Positions 40,929 through 51,401 of a DNA stretch of 64,000 nt are shown piece by piece. Origin of the DNA: Clostridiales bacterium (GTDB lineage Bacteria; Bacillota; Clostridia; Oscillospirales; Acutalibacteraceae). Where the stretch lies: NCBI GenBank assembly GCA_024690965.1, contig JAILOG010000016.1, positions 204,410 to 268,409 on the forward strand, read 5' to 3'. A program made the translations under genes and the position numbers. Numbering within the stretch: position 1 is the first letter of the stretch; each line of letters starts with the position of its first letter. The notes under the pieces were generated by a model. The model searched no databases and was not told the DNA's origin. It saw nothing but the letters and a program-made list of their open reading frames with translations.

Positions 40929-42756
40929 AGCACACGCCTCCTTTATACTTTGCTGCGCCGCAGCCCGAGCATTTTTCACGGCAATTAGGCGTTGTTTCTG
41001 CTTTGTAGGCTCTTTTACATTCCTCTATCAAGAATTTTTTGTTTACGCCGTAGTCTATATGATCCCACGGCAAAACCTCATCAAACGAGCGCCGCCTGTT
41101 TGCGTAAAAGGCGGGGTCTATACCGCACTCTTCAAAAAGGCTCATCCATTTGTCAAAGTCAAAGCACTCTTCCCAACTGTCAAAACGCATACCGTATTTG
41201 CAAGCTTTTTCCATGACTTTGCAGAGTTTGCGGTCGCCTCTGGCAAAAACCGCTTCCAAAAAGCTTGTTTTGCTGTCGTGATAGTTATAATTTATTTTTC
41301 GTGAAGTTACGCTGTCCTTTAAGTGATATTGCTTTTTCATAAGCTCATCGCGTGTGTCCTGCGGCTCCCACTGAAAAGGCGTGAACGGCTTAGGCACAAA
41401 GGACGCTGTGCTGAGTGTAACGGTAACAGGCTGACCCTTTGGCTTATCAGGGCATGAGTAATAAGCGTTTACGACCTTTTGCCCCAGCTCTGCGATCGCG
41501 GCAACGTCATCATAAGTTTCCGTCGGCAATCCTATCATAAAGTAAAGCTTAACTTTGTTCCAGCCGCCAGAAAAAGCCTTTGTACAGGTTTGGAGCAATT
41601 CATCTTCAAAAACATTCTTGTTTATGACGTTGCGCATACGCTGACTTCCCGCTTCCGGAGCAAATGTAAGTCCGCTTTTTCTTACGGTTTTAATCTTAGA
41701 CACAAGCTCGTCCGAAAAACCGTCTACACGAAGCGATGGCAAAGATATACTAACCTTTTCCTTTTCTGTCCAAGAGAGCATTTTGTCAAGCAGGGGCTGA
41801 ATTCGAGTATAATCGCTTGAACTCAAAGATGAGAGAGATATCTCGTCATAGCCTGTGCTGTCGCATATTTTACGGCACTGGTCGTTTATGGTATCTATGC
41901 TTTTCTCTCTGACAGGTCTGTTCATAAAGCCTGCCTGACAAAATCTGCAACCCCTTATGCAACCTCTGAATATTTCGGAAACGGCTCTGTCGTGTATTAT
42001 TTCTATCATGGGAACAATGAATTTATCGGGAAAATATGTATTATCCAAATCCATCATAATGCGTTTTTCTATTTTTTCAGGCGCGCAGTGTTTAGGTATT
42101 ATTTCTCTTACAGTACCGTCATCATTGTAATTTATATCATAAAGCGCGGGTACGTATACGCCTTTTATCTGTGACGCTTTTCTCAGAAATTCATCTCTGG
42201 TCAAGCCTTCTTTCCGACATTCACGGTAAAGCTCTATTACCTCAAGGTCTACCTCTTCCCCTTCACCTATGAAAAATATGTCGACAAAATCGGCAACAGG
42301 CTCGGGATTGCAGGCGCACGGACCGCCGGCAACGACAATTTGCCTTAAGTCGTGCCTGTCCTTGCTTTTAAGCGGAATTTTCGCCAGCTTCAGCATATTC
42401 AGCATTGTTGTATAGCTAAGCTCATATTGCAAAGTAAAGCCGATAAAATCAAAGTCTGTTATGTAGTCTCCGCTTTCCAGCGCAAAAAGCGGAATATCAT
42501 TTTTCAGCATCAGCTCTTCCATATCTGTCCACGGAGCGAAAACACGTTCGCACCAAATGTAAGGCACTTCGTTAAAAAGGCTGTAAAGTATTTTAATCCC
42601 TAAATGAGACATACCCACCTCATATATATCGGGAAAACAAAACGCAAATCTTACATCTATATCTTTTTTATCCTTAATTACTTCGTTAAGCTCGCCGCCG
42701 GTGTATCTTCCCGGCTTTTGGACCTTTAAAAGAAGCCTTTCTATTTCACTTTTCAT
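40909..42756 (-). CDS. B12-binding-domain radical SAM protein (TIGR03960 / YgiQ-like family)
   Basis: CIRGCRFC radical-SAM motif. N-terminal B12-binding-like domain. About 615 aa. Confidence 0.83.
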   Translation of the reverse strand: MKSEIERLLLKVQKPGRYTGGELNEVIKDKKDIDVRFAFCFPDIYEVGMSHLGIKILYSLFNEVPYIWCERVFAPWTDMEELMLKNDIPLFALESGDYITDFDFIGFTLQYELSYTTMLNMLKLAKIPLKSKDRHDLRQIVVAGGPCACNPEPVADFVDIFFIGEGEEVDLEVIELYRECRKEGLTRDEFLRKASQIKGVYVPALYDINYNDDGTVREIIPKHCAPEKIEKRIMMDLDNTYFPDKFIVPMIEIIHDRAVSEIFRGCIRGCRFCQAGFMNRPVREKSIDTINDQCRKICDSTGYDEISLSSLSSSDYTRIQPLLDKMLSWTEKEKVSISLPSLRVDGFSDELVSKIKTVRKSGLTFAPEAGSQRMRNVINKNVFEDELLQTCTKAFSGGWNKVKLYFMIGLPTETYDDVAAIAELGQKVVNAYYSCPDKPKGQPVTVTLSTASFVPKPFTPFQWEPQDTRDELMKKQYHLKDSVTSRKINYNYHDSKTSFLEAVFARGDRKLCKVMEKACKYGMRFDSWEECFDFDKWMSLFEECGIDPAFYANRRRSFDEVLPWDHIDYGVNKKFLIEECKRAYKAETTPNCREKCSGCGAAKYKGGVCYEKHKS

Positions 42757-42815
42757 AAACAATCTGCGGCATACGCTTTAAAAAGCCGTCGTCCTTTCAT
42801 TTAATTTTGCTTAAA

Positions 42816-43415
42816 CTATATCGGAGTGCATTGTTCACCTTTGAAAATCAGCAGCAAAGTAAGATAAACACACACAATAAGCAAGGAAAAGTTATATCCC
42901 GTATTTATTATGACCCCTATTGCGAAATTGTACATAATTAAAAGAGCAGCAAAGGCGATAACATTTAATATTTTAGCACACACCTGCTCACTGAAAAATC
43001 TGCGCAGCAGTATGTACAGTATTCTGCCGCCGTCAAAATTCAAAAGCGGCACAGCGTTAAATATTCCCAACGCTAAATTGGCTTCACCTAATATTAGCCA
43101 TATCCCCGTTTTGCCGAACAAAAAATACATCAATATATTTATAAGCGGACCCGTTAAGGAAATGATCATATTTTGCAGGTCAGAGCGGTTATGCGATGCC
43201 GTATCTGTTATTTTGAAATCAAGAAGTCTAAGATCAATATTTACCCTTGTGTTTCCAAAGACAAGCATTGCGGCAATGTGCGCCGCCTCATGCAACGCCG
43301 CCGCCAAAATACAACAACTTATCCTTCCGTCATTGTCAAAAAGCAAAGCTAAGGCAAGCAGTGCGGCAAACGGATAGCTGATATTCAGCCGAAAAAAATA
43401 AAGGTCAATTTTCAT
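42816..43415 (-). CDS. M50-family (site-2 protease-like) membrane metallopeptidase, short form
   Basis: HEAAHIAAM HExxH within a TM helix. 199 aa polytopic. SD AAGGTGA. Confidence 0.68.
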   Translation of the reverse strand: MKIDLYFFRLNISYPFAALLALALLFDNDGRISCCILAAALHEAAHIAAMLVFGNTRVNIDLRLLDFKITDTASHNRSDLQNMIISLTGPLINILMYFLFGKTGIWLILGEANLALGIFNAVPLLNFDGGRILYILLRRFFSEQVCAKILNVIAFAALLIMYNFAIGVIINTGYNFSLLIVCVYLTLLLIFKGEQCTPI

Positions 43416-43621
43416 AAAACATCACCTTAATATTTTACGGCTGAGCCTTAGTTATAATTACCCTTGTGAACCGAATCTTATAATACTATAATTTGTTCTC
43501 TTTAACAATACCTTTATAAGACAAATTTCTGAAAATATTTGCATTAAACTATTTGCTTTTGACGATATATGTGATATAATGTGATAGATTAGATTACTGT
43601 TGCTATTTGGGGATATATGCT

Positions 43622-44305
43622 ATGAAAAGATTGTTTGATATCATCGCAAGCTTTATAGGGCTCCTTATTTTATCGCCCTTGCTTATTATTTTATCAATTA
43701 TTATAGTGATCGACTCTCCGGGCGGTGTTTTTTTCAGAGGCCCCAGAGTCGGCAAGAACGGAAAAGTGTTCAGAATATTTAAATTTCGCTCAATGGCAAA
43801 GGACTGCGAAGGCAAAGGTAAATGGAACGTTGGTGACGACGATAACAGAATAACACGTGTAGGACATTTTCTCAGAAAAACAAAGCTTGACGAGCTGCCC
43901 CAGCTTATTAATGTTTTGATAGGAAATATGAGTCTTGTGGGATATCGCCCTGAGCTTGAGTATTACGTAAATATGTACACCGAAGAAGAGAAAAAGATCT
44001 TAAATACAAAGCCGGGAATAACAGATTACGCAAGCATAGTTAACTTTGACCAGTTCAAAACATTTACAGAGGCTTTAGATCCAGATGAAGCGTACCTTAA
44101 ATACATACGTCCGCTAAAACTGAAACTTCAATTATATTACAGCGAGCATCACAGCTTTTTCGGAGATATAAGACTTCTTTTTTGGACTGTTTGGAAGATC
44201 ATTTCAAAAACCCCTAAAATTCCCAAAGAAATACAGCCTATTGTTGATGAACACAATAGAATGATATCCGAAGAGATCAATTCTGATATGCCTCAAAGCG
44301 CATAA
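43622..44305 (+). CDS. Initiating undecaprenyl-phosphate sugar phosphotransferase (bacterial sugar transferase family, PglC/WbaP C-domain type)
   Basis: MKRLFDIIASFIGLLILSPLLIILSIIIVIDSPGGVFF...RVGKNGKVFRIFKFRSM...DELPQLINVLIGNMSLVGYRPE. Confidence 0.85.
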   Translation: MKRLFDIIASFIGLLILSPLLIILSIIIVIDSPGGVFFRGPRVGKNGKVFRIFKFRSMAKDCEGKGKWNVGDDDNRITRVGHFLRKTKLDELPQLINVLIGNMSLVGYRPELEYYVNMYTEEEKKILNTKPGITDYASIVNFDQFKTFTEALDPDEAYLKYIRPLKLKLQLYYSEHHSFFGDIRLLFWTVWKIISKTPKIPKEIQPIVDEHNRMISEEINSDMPQSA

Positions 44306-44378
44306 ATTCAATCTCATTTCTACTGAAAGGAAACGGTATATACCCCTGAAAATCCAGGTTACCGTAACGGAAAATGAT

Positions 44379-45224
44379 ATGACCAGTGAACAATTAGCAT
44401 GGAAAATAAGACGCCACGGAATAGAGATGACACATCTGTCTCACGGCTCTCACATAGCTTCCGTTTTGTCGGTCGCGGATATAATTGCCGTGCTTTATAA
44501 CGATATATTGAACGTAGACCCCAAAAATCCCGATATGCCAAACAGAGACAGATTTATTATGTCTAAGGGTCACGCAGGCGCCGCGGTATACGCCGCGCTT
44601 GCGGAAAAAGGCTTTTTTGATGTTGAGGAGCTTAAAACTCATTATGCCGACGGAAGCAGACTTTCGGGTCACGTATCACATAAAGGAATACCGGGAGTTG
44701 AGTTCTCCACAGGCTCTTTAGGTCACGGATTATCTGTGGGCACAGGTATGGCAATGGCGGCTAAGCTTGATAACAAAGACCACAAAGTATTTGTTGTTTG
44801 CGGAGACGGAGAATGTGACGAGGGTTCAATGTGGGAAGCGGCATTGTTCGCTAATCACTTTGAGCTTAATAATCTTGTTGCCGTAATAGACCATAACCAA
44901 ATGCAAAGCCTTGATTTTTGCGAAAACACAATAAAGCTGGAGCCGCTTTCGGACAAATGGAAAGCCTTTGGCTGGAATGTATATGAAATTGACGGTCACA
45001 ATCATAATGAGCTAAAAAAAGCTTTAAACGCCGCTCGCTTAAACAAAGATAAGCCCACGGTAATAATAGCGAACACCGTAAAAGGCAAGGGTGTATCTTT
45101 TATGGAGCTTGACATTTTGTGGCATTACAGATTCCCTCATGAGGGCGAGGAATACGACAACGCGGTAAAAGAGCTGAACGACTCACGCCCCGATGGAGTA
45201 AGCGACCCGTATACCGATAAATAA
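44379..45224 (+). CDS. Transketolase, N-terminal (TPP-binding) subunit of a split transketolase
   Basis: GHAGAAVYAALAEKG and GDGECDEGSMWEA (TPP motif). 281 aa. Confidence 0.9.
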   Translation: MTSEQLAWKIRRHGIEMTHLSHGSHIASVLSVADIIAVLYNDILNVDPKNPDMPNRDRFIMSKGHAGAAVYAALAEKGFFDVEELKTHYADGSRLSGHVSHKGIPGVEFSTGSLGHGLSVGTGMAMAAKLDNKDHKVFVVCGDGECDEGSMWEAALFANHFELNNLVAVIDHNQMQSLDFCENTIKLEPLSDKWKAFGWNVYEIDGHNHNELKKALNAARLNKDKPTVIIANTVKGKGVSFMELDILWHYRFPHEGEEYDNAVKELNDSRPDGVSDPYTDK

Positions 45225-45246
45225 CTCTCTATAAGGAGAAAAGACT

Positions 45247-46164
45247 ATGCGCGATACATTTGTAGCAACACTGCTTGATATAGCTAAAAAGGATAAAAAC
45301 GTATACATCGTCACGGGGGATCTGGGATTTGGAGTTTTAAAGCCCTTTTGGGATAACCTTCCGGGGCAGATCATCAACGCGGGTATCTCTGAGCAAAATA
45401 TGACGGGGTTTGCCGCAGGACTGGCGCGTGAAGGAAAAACCGTGTTTACATATTCTATCGGAAATTTTCCAACATTGCGCTGTATAGAACAAATACGCAA
45501 CGACTGCGCTTACCATAATGCGAATGTAAAAATTGTTTGCATCGGCGGCGGAGTTGTTTACGGCGCTTTGGGTATGAGCCATCACGCAACGGAAGATCTG
45601 GCGATATTGCGCGCCCTGCCCGATGTTACCGTTATGGCGCCGGGCGACCTTGTGGAAGCGAGGCTGGCAACAAAGGCAATATATGAAACGCCAGGAACCT
45701 GCTATTTAAGGCTCGGGCGCGGCGGCGAAAAGCGTATTCACCAAAGTGACCCCGATTTCAAAATAGGCAAGGCCATTAAAATCTGCGATGGCGAAAATAC
45801 GGCGATATTTTCTTCAGGCGCTATATTTGACGAAGCTTACAAGGCGCACACGCTGCTAAAACAAAAAGGTATTAATACCGCGCTTTATACATTCCCTACC
45901 GTAAAACCGATAGATAAGGAAACAATAGAGCATTGCTGCGATAAATACAGCCTTATAGTAACGGTTGAGGAGCATAACATAATAGGAGGTTTCGGCAGCG
46001 CAGTTGCAGAAGCAATGAGCGAGCTTAATAACAGAAATTCAAGGCTTTTGCGCATAGGATTTAACGATACCTACGCTTCTGTTGTAGGTTCTCAGCAGTA
46101 TTTACGCAACATTTACGGTATGAGCGGTGAAAAAATTGCCGAAAGGATAATTGAAAATGTCTGA
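45247..46164 (+). CDS. Transketolase, C-terminal (pyrimidine-binding plus C-domain) subunit
   Basis: 305 aa. Pyr domain plus TK C-domain. Its stop overlaps the ATG of the next GT4 gene (ATGTCTGA). Confidence 0.9.
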   Translation: MRDTFVATLLDIAKKDKNVYIVTGDLGFGVLKPFWDNLPGQIINAGISEQNMTGFAAGLAREGKTVFTYSIGNFPTLRCIEQIRNDCAYHNANVKIVCIGGGVVYGALGMSHHATEDLAILRALPDVTVMAPGDLVEARLATKAIYETPGTCYLRLGRGGEKRIHQSDPDFKIGKAIKICDGENTAIFSSGAIFDEAYKAHTLLKQKGINTALYTFPTVKPIDKETIEHCCDKYSLIVTVEEHNIIGGFGSAVAEAMSELNNRNSRLLRIGFNDTYASVVGSQQYLRNIYGMSGEKIAERIIENV

Positions 46165-47317
46165 TAATAAAAGAATGCTTGTCGCAGGTACAGAGCTGCA
46201 TCTTCTGCAGTTTTGGACAGAGCATATAAATTATTTTGAGAGTATCGGCTATAATGTGGATATCGTAACCACCGAATGTGCCGGCAGGCTTGACGAACTA
46301 AAAGAGATTTTGATCGGCAGAAACATTGAGGTTATTCCTTCCCGCCGCAATCCCCTAAAAACAGATAACATTCGCGCGCTTAAGCAATTAAAACAAAAAT
46401 TCAAAAACTCACGGTACGACTGTATATTGACAAATGAACCTGTAATGAGCGTGCTTATAAGGCTTGCGGCTCAAAAATCAAGAAAATTGACCGGCACAAA
46501 GGTCATATATATGGCTCACGGCTTCCATTTTTTCAAAGGCAACAAGATACTCAACAACATAATTTTCCACGCAATAGAAAAGCATATGTCAAGAAAAACA
46601 GATGCTATAGTTACCTCTAATTATGAAGATTACAACGCGGCAAAAGCATTTAAAACGGGAGTAGATGTTTATCACATTGACGGTATGGGATGCAAATCTT
46701 ACCGTTTTTCGGTTTGCAACGATAAAGACTATAAGCAGAAACGCCGCGCTGAGCTTGGTATTAAAGACGGTGAAACAGCCCTCGTTTTTGCGGGTGAGCT
46801 GAACAAAAACAAAAATCAGATCGTCCTGTTGCAGGGAATTAAGATCCTGAAAAACAGAGGATATAATGTAAAGCTTCTCCTTTGCGGTAAAGGAGCCGAA
46901 TTTGACAATTTAACAGCTTATTGCAGAGATAACGGCATTGAAGATAAGGTTATCTTTTTGGGATATCGAAAAGACGTAAATGAGATATTCCCCGTTTGCG
47001 ATATAGGATGTTCCTCAAGTATAAGAGAAGGCTTTGGGCTTAATATTGCCGAATATATGGTATGCGGACTGCCAGTTGTCGTATCGCGCAACCGTGCGCA
47101 TGTTGATATAGTAGAGGAAGGCGTAAACGGTTATATATTTGACCCGTTTACACCTGCCCAATTTGCCGAAGGTGTAAAGAAGATCATTGACAGCAAAGAG
47201 ACTTACTCTTTTATGAGCAAAGTAAACATTGCTAAAGCCGAAAAATATGACATTAAAATTATTTCAGAGAAAATATCTAAGATTGCAGAGGAACAAATAT
47301 GCAAGACAAACCATTAA
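46157..47317 (+). CDS. Glycosyltransferase family 4 (GT-B, GT4/GT1 type)
   Basis: C-terminal EX7E-like region (REGFGLNIAEYMVCGLPVVVS). SD AAAGGA 9 nt upstream of ATG 46157. Confidence 0.83.
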   Translation: MSDNKRMLVAGTELHLLQFWTEHINYFESIGYNVDIVTTECAGRLDELKEILIGRNIEVIPSRRNPLKTDNIRALKQLKQKFKNSRYDCILTNEPVMSVLIRLAAQKSRKLTGTKVIYMAHGFHFFKGNKILNNIIFHAIEKHMSRKTDAIVTSNYEDYNAAKAFKTGVDVYHIDGMGCKSYRFSVCNDKDYKQKRRAELGIKDGETALVFAGELNKNKNQIVLLQGIKILKNRGYNVKLLLCGKGAEFDNLTAYCRDNGIEDKVIFLGYRKDVNEIFPVCDIGCSSSIREGFGLNIAEYMVCGLPVVVSRNRAHVDIVEEGVNGYIFDPFTPAQFAEGVKKIIDSKETYSFMSKVNIAKAEKYDIKIISEKISKIAEEQICKTNH

Positions 47318-48108
47318 TTTCGGTTCTTATGGGCATATATAATTGCTCGTCAACTTTAAAAGAGGCTGTGGACTCAATTATGGCTCAAACATACGAAAAC
47401 TGGGAGCTTATTATGTGCGATGACTGCTCATCCGACGATACATACAGCGTTGCCTTGGAGCTTGCAAAGCGCGACAGCCGCATAAAGGTAATAAAAAACG
47501 AAAAAAACCTTACGCTTGCCCCTACGCTTAATAACTGTTTAAAACAAGCGCGTGGAGAGTATATTGCCAGAATGGACGGCGACGATGTTTGTGACCCAAA
47601 ACGCTTCGAGCTTGAACTTGACGCGCTTATTAAAAACCCCGACTGTGTTCTTGTAAGCTGTTTTATGAAAATATTTGATGAAAGCGGAGAAACAGGTCTT
47701 GTAAAATATAAAGAGCATCCGCAAAAAAGCGATTTTTCAAAAGGCTCGCCGTTTTGCCACGCAGGATGTATGATGAAAACAAGTGTTTTACGGGAGCTCG
47801 GAGGATACAACACATCGCCCGATGTTCTGAGAGCAGAAGATTTTGATTTATGGGTAAGGCTTTATGAAGCCGGCTACACAGGTATGACTATCCCCTATCC
47901 TCTCTACTCTATGCGTGATGACCTAAACGCATATAAAAGGAGAAAGTTTTCTCACAGATTTATAGAATACAAAATCAGAAGACGCGCGATAAGAGTTTTC
48001 AAATTGCCAAAGAAATACTGCATATATGCTATTAAGCCAGTTATTGTTGCGTTTGTACCGTCATTCTTATATAAAATACTTCATAAAAAGAGAGTTAATT
48101 CAAAATAA
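47299..48108 (+). CDS. Glycosyltransferase family 2
   Basis: ISVLMGIYNC...DDCSSDDT...RMDGDD (DxD). Confidence 0.85.
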   Translation: MQDKPLISVLMGIYNCSSTLKEAVDSIMAQTYENWELIMCDDCSSDDTYSVALELAKRDSRIKVIKNEKNLTLAPTLNNCLKQARGEYIARMDGDDVCDPKRFELELDALIKNPDCVLVSCFMKIFDESGETGLVKYKEHPQKSDFSKGSPFCHAGCMMKTSVLRELGGYNTSPDVLRAEDFDLWVRLYEAGYTGMTIPYPLYSMRDDLNAYKRRKFSHRFIEYKIRRRAIRVFKLPKKYCIYAIKPVIVAFVPSFLYKILHKKRVNSK

Positions 48109-48129
48109 ACTATTTGGTGATAAATTCTT

Positions 48130-49242
48130 ATGTATGTACATATTATCATACTTATTTCAACTGTACTGCTGGCAGCGTTCAGTATGTCGCAATACGCATC
48201 TTCTCACGATTTAACGCAAAGTCCCATTCCTACTGTATCTAAGTTCGGGGCTTTTGCCTCATTTGCAGTAATCATTTTTTTTGCGATGAAACGCACCGAA
48301 TATATTGATACATCTTCTTATGTGGGAGCTTATATGTCATCTTCGGAAAAAGGTATCGGCAGTGCGGTAAATGCTTTTTTTAACGCAGATCACGGCGGAT
48401 TTGCTGCAACCGAGGTAATTATCAGAACCTTTTTCGGAAATAATTCCGAAATGTATTTACTTATTATGGCGCTTATCGGCTATTGGGGATTTATAAATCT
48501 ATTCCGTAAATACTCGGTAGATTATAGGCTTACGCTTTTCTTTTTTATTGCTACTCAAGACTATGCAAGCGTGTTCAACGCCATGCGGCAGGTTATAGCT
48601 GTTTCCATTATGCTTTTGGCTTCCGACGCGTTTATAAACAGAAGACTGGTAAAATTTATTTTATTGCTTGGTCTGAGCTTTACATTTCATCCGTCGGTAA
48701 TTGTGTGGTTACCGGTATACTTTTTTGCGCATGAAAAGCCTTGGTCAAAAAAAATGGTACTCTTCTTTTTAGGTATAGCGTTTGCGATATTCTTTACCGA
48801 TACATTTACAAGCTTTTTGAGTGATGTAGGCGACAGCCTCGGCTATAAGAATGTTACTTACGGCGGAAACATGGGAATAATGCGCGCCCTGTTTTTTACC
48901 GCCATGCCTGTATTTTTGTTTTTTAAGAGGAATGAATTGGAAGACGCACCCGAATTCATTAAGATTAGTATAAACCTGTCCGCCGTTACGGCGTCAATGT
49001 GTATCTTAGCCACACTTACCAGCGGAATTACAATTGGAAGAATGATGAGTTACTTTAACGCTTACAACTGTATTGCTTTGCCTTATGCGTTAAAAGACCG
49101 CAACGGTCAGGACAATTCAGTATACAGAATAGTTTTTATTTTGGCGTATTTGTACTTTTTCTATATAAGCTTGCAGGGCAATGCAGGTATGTATGTCAGC
49201 AGCAGTCTTGGCATATTTAAGTATAATGGCTGGGGCGGATAA
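48130..49242 (+). CDS. EpsG-family polytopic membrane protein (putative Wzy-like polysaccharide polymerase)
   Basis: 370 aa, about 10-11 TM helices. EpsG-like hydropathy pattern. Confidence 0.65.
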   Translation: MYVHIIILISTVLLAAFSMSQYASSHDLTQSPIPTVSKFGAFASFAVIIFFAMKRTEYIDTSSYVGAYMSSSEKGIGSAVNAFFNADHGGFAATEVIIRTFFGNNSEMYLLIMALIGYWGFINLFRKYSVDYRLTLFFFIATQDYASVFNAMRQVIAVSIMLLASDAFINRRLVKFILLLGLSFTFHPSVIVWLPVYFFAHEKPWSKKMVLFFLGIAFAIFFTDTFTSFLSDVGDSLGYKNVTYGGNMGIMRALFFTAMPVFLFFKRNELEDAPEFIKISINLSAVTASMCILATLTSGITIGRMMSYFNAYNCIALPYALKDRNGQDNSVYRIVFILAYLYFFYISLQGNAGMYVSSSLGIFKYNGWGG

Positions 49243-49258
49243 GGAGCTTTTAAACCGT

Positions 49259-50383
49259 ATGATCAAAGTATTGTTTTTAATACCTACGCTTGCACACGGC
49301 GGAGCTGAAAAGGTTCTTGTTAATTTGGCAAACAACATAAACAAGCAAGAGTTTGACGTTACCGTTCAAACTTTGTTTGATGTCGGCGAGAATAAACAGT
49401 TTTTATCGCCTGACGTTAGATACATACCCGGATATAAAAAGCTTATAAAGGGTAACAGCAAGATTATGAAGCTTTTTTCTCCCAGAGTATTGTATAAGTA
49501 CTTTATAAAAGACAGTTACGATATAATAGTGTCGTATCTTGAAGGACCAACCGCGAGAATAGTAAGCGGATGCACTGATAATAACACAAAGCTTGTAAGC
49601 TGGATACACTGCACTTACAAAGACATAAAAGACGCGGCTGCATCTTTCCGTTCGGTTAAAGAAATGCTTTTTTGCTATGACCGATTTGATATAACGGCCT
49701 GCGTGTCAAATTCCGTAAAGGAAAGCTTTGTTAAAACACTGAATTTTGATAAGCCTATTACCACCATATACAATACCATTGAAACTGACCTTATAACGCA
49801 AAAGTCTAATGATCCCGTTGTTGACATAAAATTTGATAAAGATTGCTTTAATATATGCTCCGTGGGCAAAATAATTCCCGTTAAGGCTTTTGACCGCCTT
49901 GCAAGGATACATAGAAGACTGCTTGACGAAGGTATTAAAAATCACGTGTATATTTTCGGTGTGGGAAGCGGTAAAGCCGAATTGGAATCACTGATAGATT
50001 CACTGCGTATCAAAGACACTTTCACATTGGCAGGATACCGCGACAATCCTTATAAATATGTTAAAGCCTGCGATTTGTCCGTTTGTTCGTCGTTAAGCGA
50101 AGGACTAAGCACCGCGGTAACCGAAGCTCTGATTGTCGGAACGCCTGTTGTAACAACACTTTGCTCGGGAATGAAAGAGCTTTTGGGCGAAAACAACGAA
50201 TACGGTATTGTTACGGATAACAATGAAGAAGCTTTATATAACGGCATAAAACAAATTCTGACTGCCGACGGTATGCTTGAGCACTACGGTAAAAAGGCAT
50301 TGGAACGCGCCCCGTATTTCAGCACCGAAAATACTGTCAGATCCGCCTGCGAAATGTTTAAAGCACTGATTAATAAGAGGTAA
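49259..50383 (+). CDS. Glycosyltransferase family 4
   Basis: Start MIKVLFLIPTLAHGGAEKV at 49259 (AAGGAG upstream). C-terminal SLSEGLSTAVTEALIVGTPVV. Confidence 0.83.
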   Translation: MIKVLFLIPTLAHGGAEKVLVNLANNINKQEFDVTVQTLFDVGENKQFLSPDVRYIPGYKKLIKGNSKIMKLFSPRVLYKYFIKDSYDIIVSYLEGPTARIVSGCTDNNTKLVSWIHCTYKDIKDAAASFRSVKEMLFCYDRFDITACVSNSVKESFVKTLNFDKPITTIYNTIETDLITQKSNDPVVDIKFDKDCFNICSVGKIIPVKAFDRLARIHRRLLDEGIKNHVYIFGVGSGKAELESLIDSLRIKDTFTLAGYRDNPYKYVKACDLSVCSSLSEGLSTAVTEALIVGTPVVTTLCSGMKELLGENNEYGIVTDNNEEALYNGIKQILTADGMLEHYGKKALERAPYFSTENTVRSACEMFKALINKR

Positions 50384-50389
50384 AACTGT

Positions 50390-51373
50390 ATGAATGATTT
50401 AATTTCGGTAATAGTCCCGATCTATAATGTTGAAGAGTATCTTGATAGCTGTGTTAAATCCATTTTGCTTCAAACATATAAAAACCTGGAAATAATACTT
50501 GTAGATGACGGTTCACCGGATAAATGCGGGGCTATGTGTGATAATTATGCCGAAATTGACGACAGGATCAAAGTTATCCACAAAACAAACGGCGGCTTAA
50601 GCGACGCAAGAAACGCAGGTCTTGCAATATGCACCGGAGATTATATAAGCTTTATCGACAGCGACGATCATATACATCCTGAGTTTTATAGTATTCTTAT
50701 CAACACAATAAAAGAACATAATTGTGATATAGCGGAGTGTGATGTAAAAAAAGTTTTTTTAAATGAAAAAACATCTAATATAATCCCGGATAACCACGAT
50801 ACTTCGGTATACGGTACCGAAGATGCTCTTTGTATGCTCGTAAACGATAATATAATTTATCAGCATGTGTGGAATAAGTTGTATAAGAGATCTGTTGTTG
50901 ATAATATTATATTTAATGTAGGAAAGACAAACGAAGATGAATTTTGGACATATCAAATAATCGGTAATTCGACCAAAATCGCTCATTGCTTTGTTCCGTT
51001 GTATTACTATACACAGCGTAAGGGCAGTATAATGGGATCGGGATATTCACTGAAGCGTTTAGACGCGCTGGAGGCTTATCAAAAAAGGCAGGAATATTTA
51101 AGAGAGAAATTTCCCGTTGTCGCCGCAAAAACAGAATCGAGCGTGTTTTTCGGATGCTATTACGCATATAAAGCTACTGTAAAATGGCTTAAGGGCAAAG
51201 AAAAATCAAGATCAAAGAGCATTATTAAAAGCTATATGAAAAATATAAGTCTCGGCAAAGAATCCCTTATAAATATGAGAAAAATCGACAGAATCCGTTA
51301 TAAGCTTTCAAAAAATCCTATAACATTCGGCATCATTACAAAAGCGGAAAGCCTTTTGGGGATCGGTTTTTGA
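50390..51373 (+). CDS. Glycosyltransferase family 2 (paralog 1 of 3)
   Basis: ISVIVPIYNVEEYL...LVDDGSPD...DSDD. Confidence 0.85.
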   Translation: MNDLISVIVPIYNVEEYLDSCVKSILLQTYKNLEIILVDDGSPDKCGAMCDNYAEIDDRIKVIHKTNGGLSDARNAGLAICTGDYISFIDSDDHIHPEFYSILINTIKEHNCDIAECDVKKVFLNEKTSNIIPDNHDTSVYGTEDALCMLVNDNIIYQHVWNKLYKRSVVDNIIFNVGKTNEDEFWTYQIIGNSTKIAHCFVPLYYYTQRKGSIMGSGYSLKRLDALEAYQKRQEYLREKFPVVAAKTESSVFFGCYYAYKATVKWLKGKEKSRSKSIIKSYMKNISLGKESLINMRKIDRIRYKLSKNPITFGIITKAESLLGIGF

Positions 51374-51401
51374 TAAATTCGGAAAGGACAAGCATATAAT
51401 T

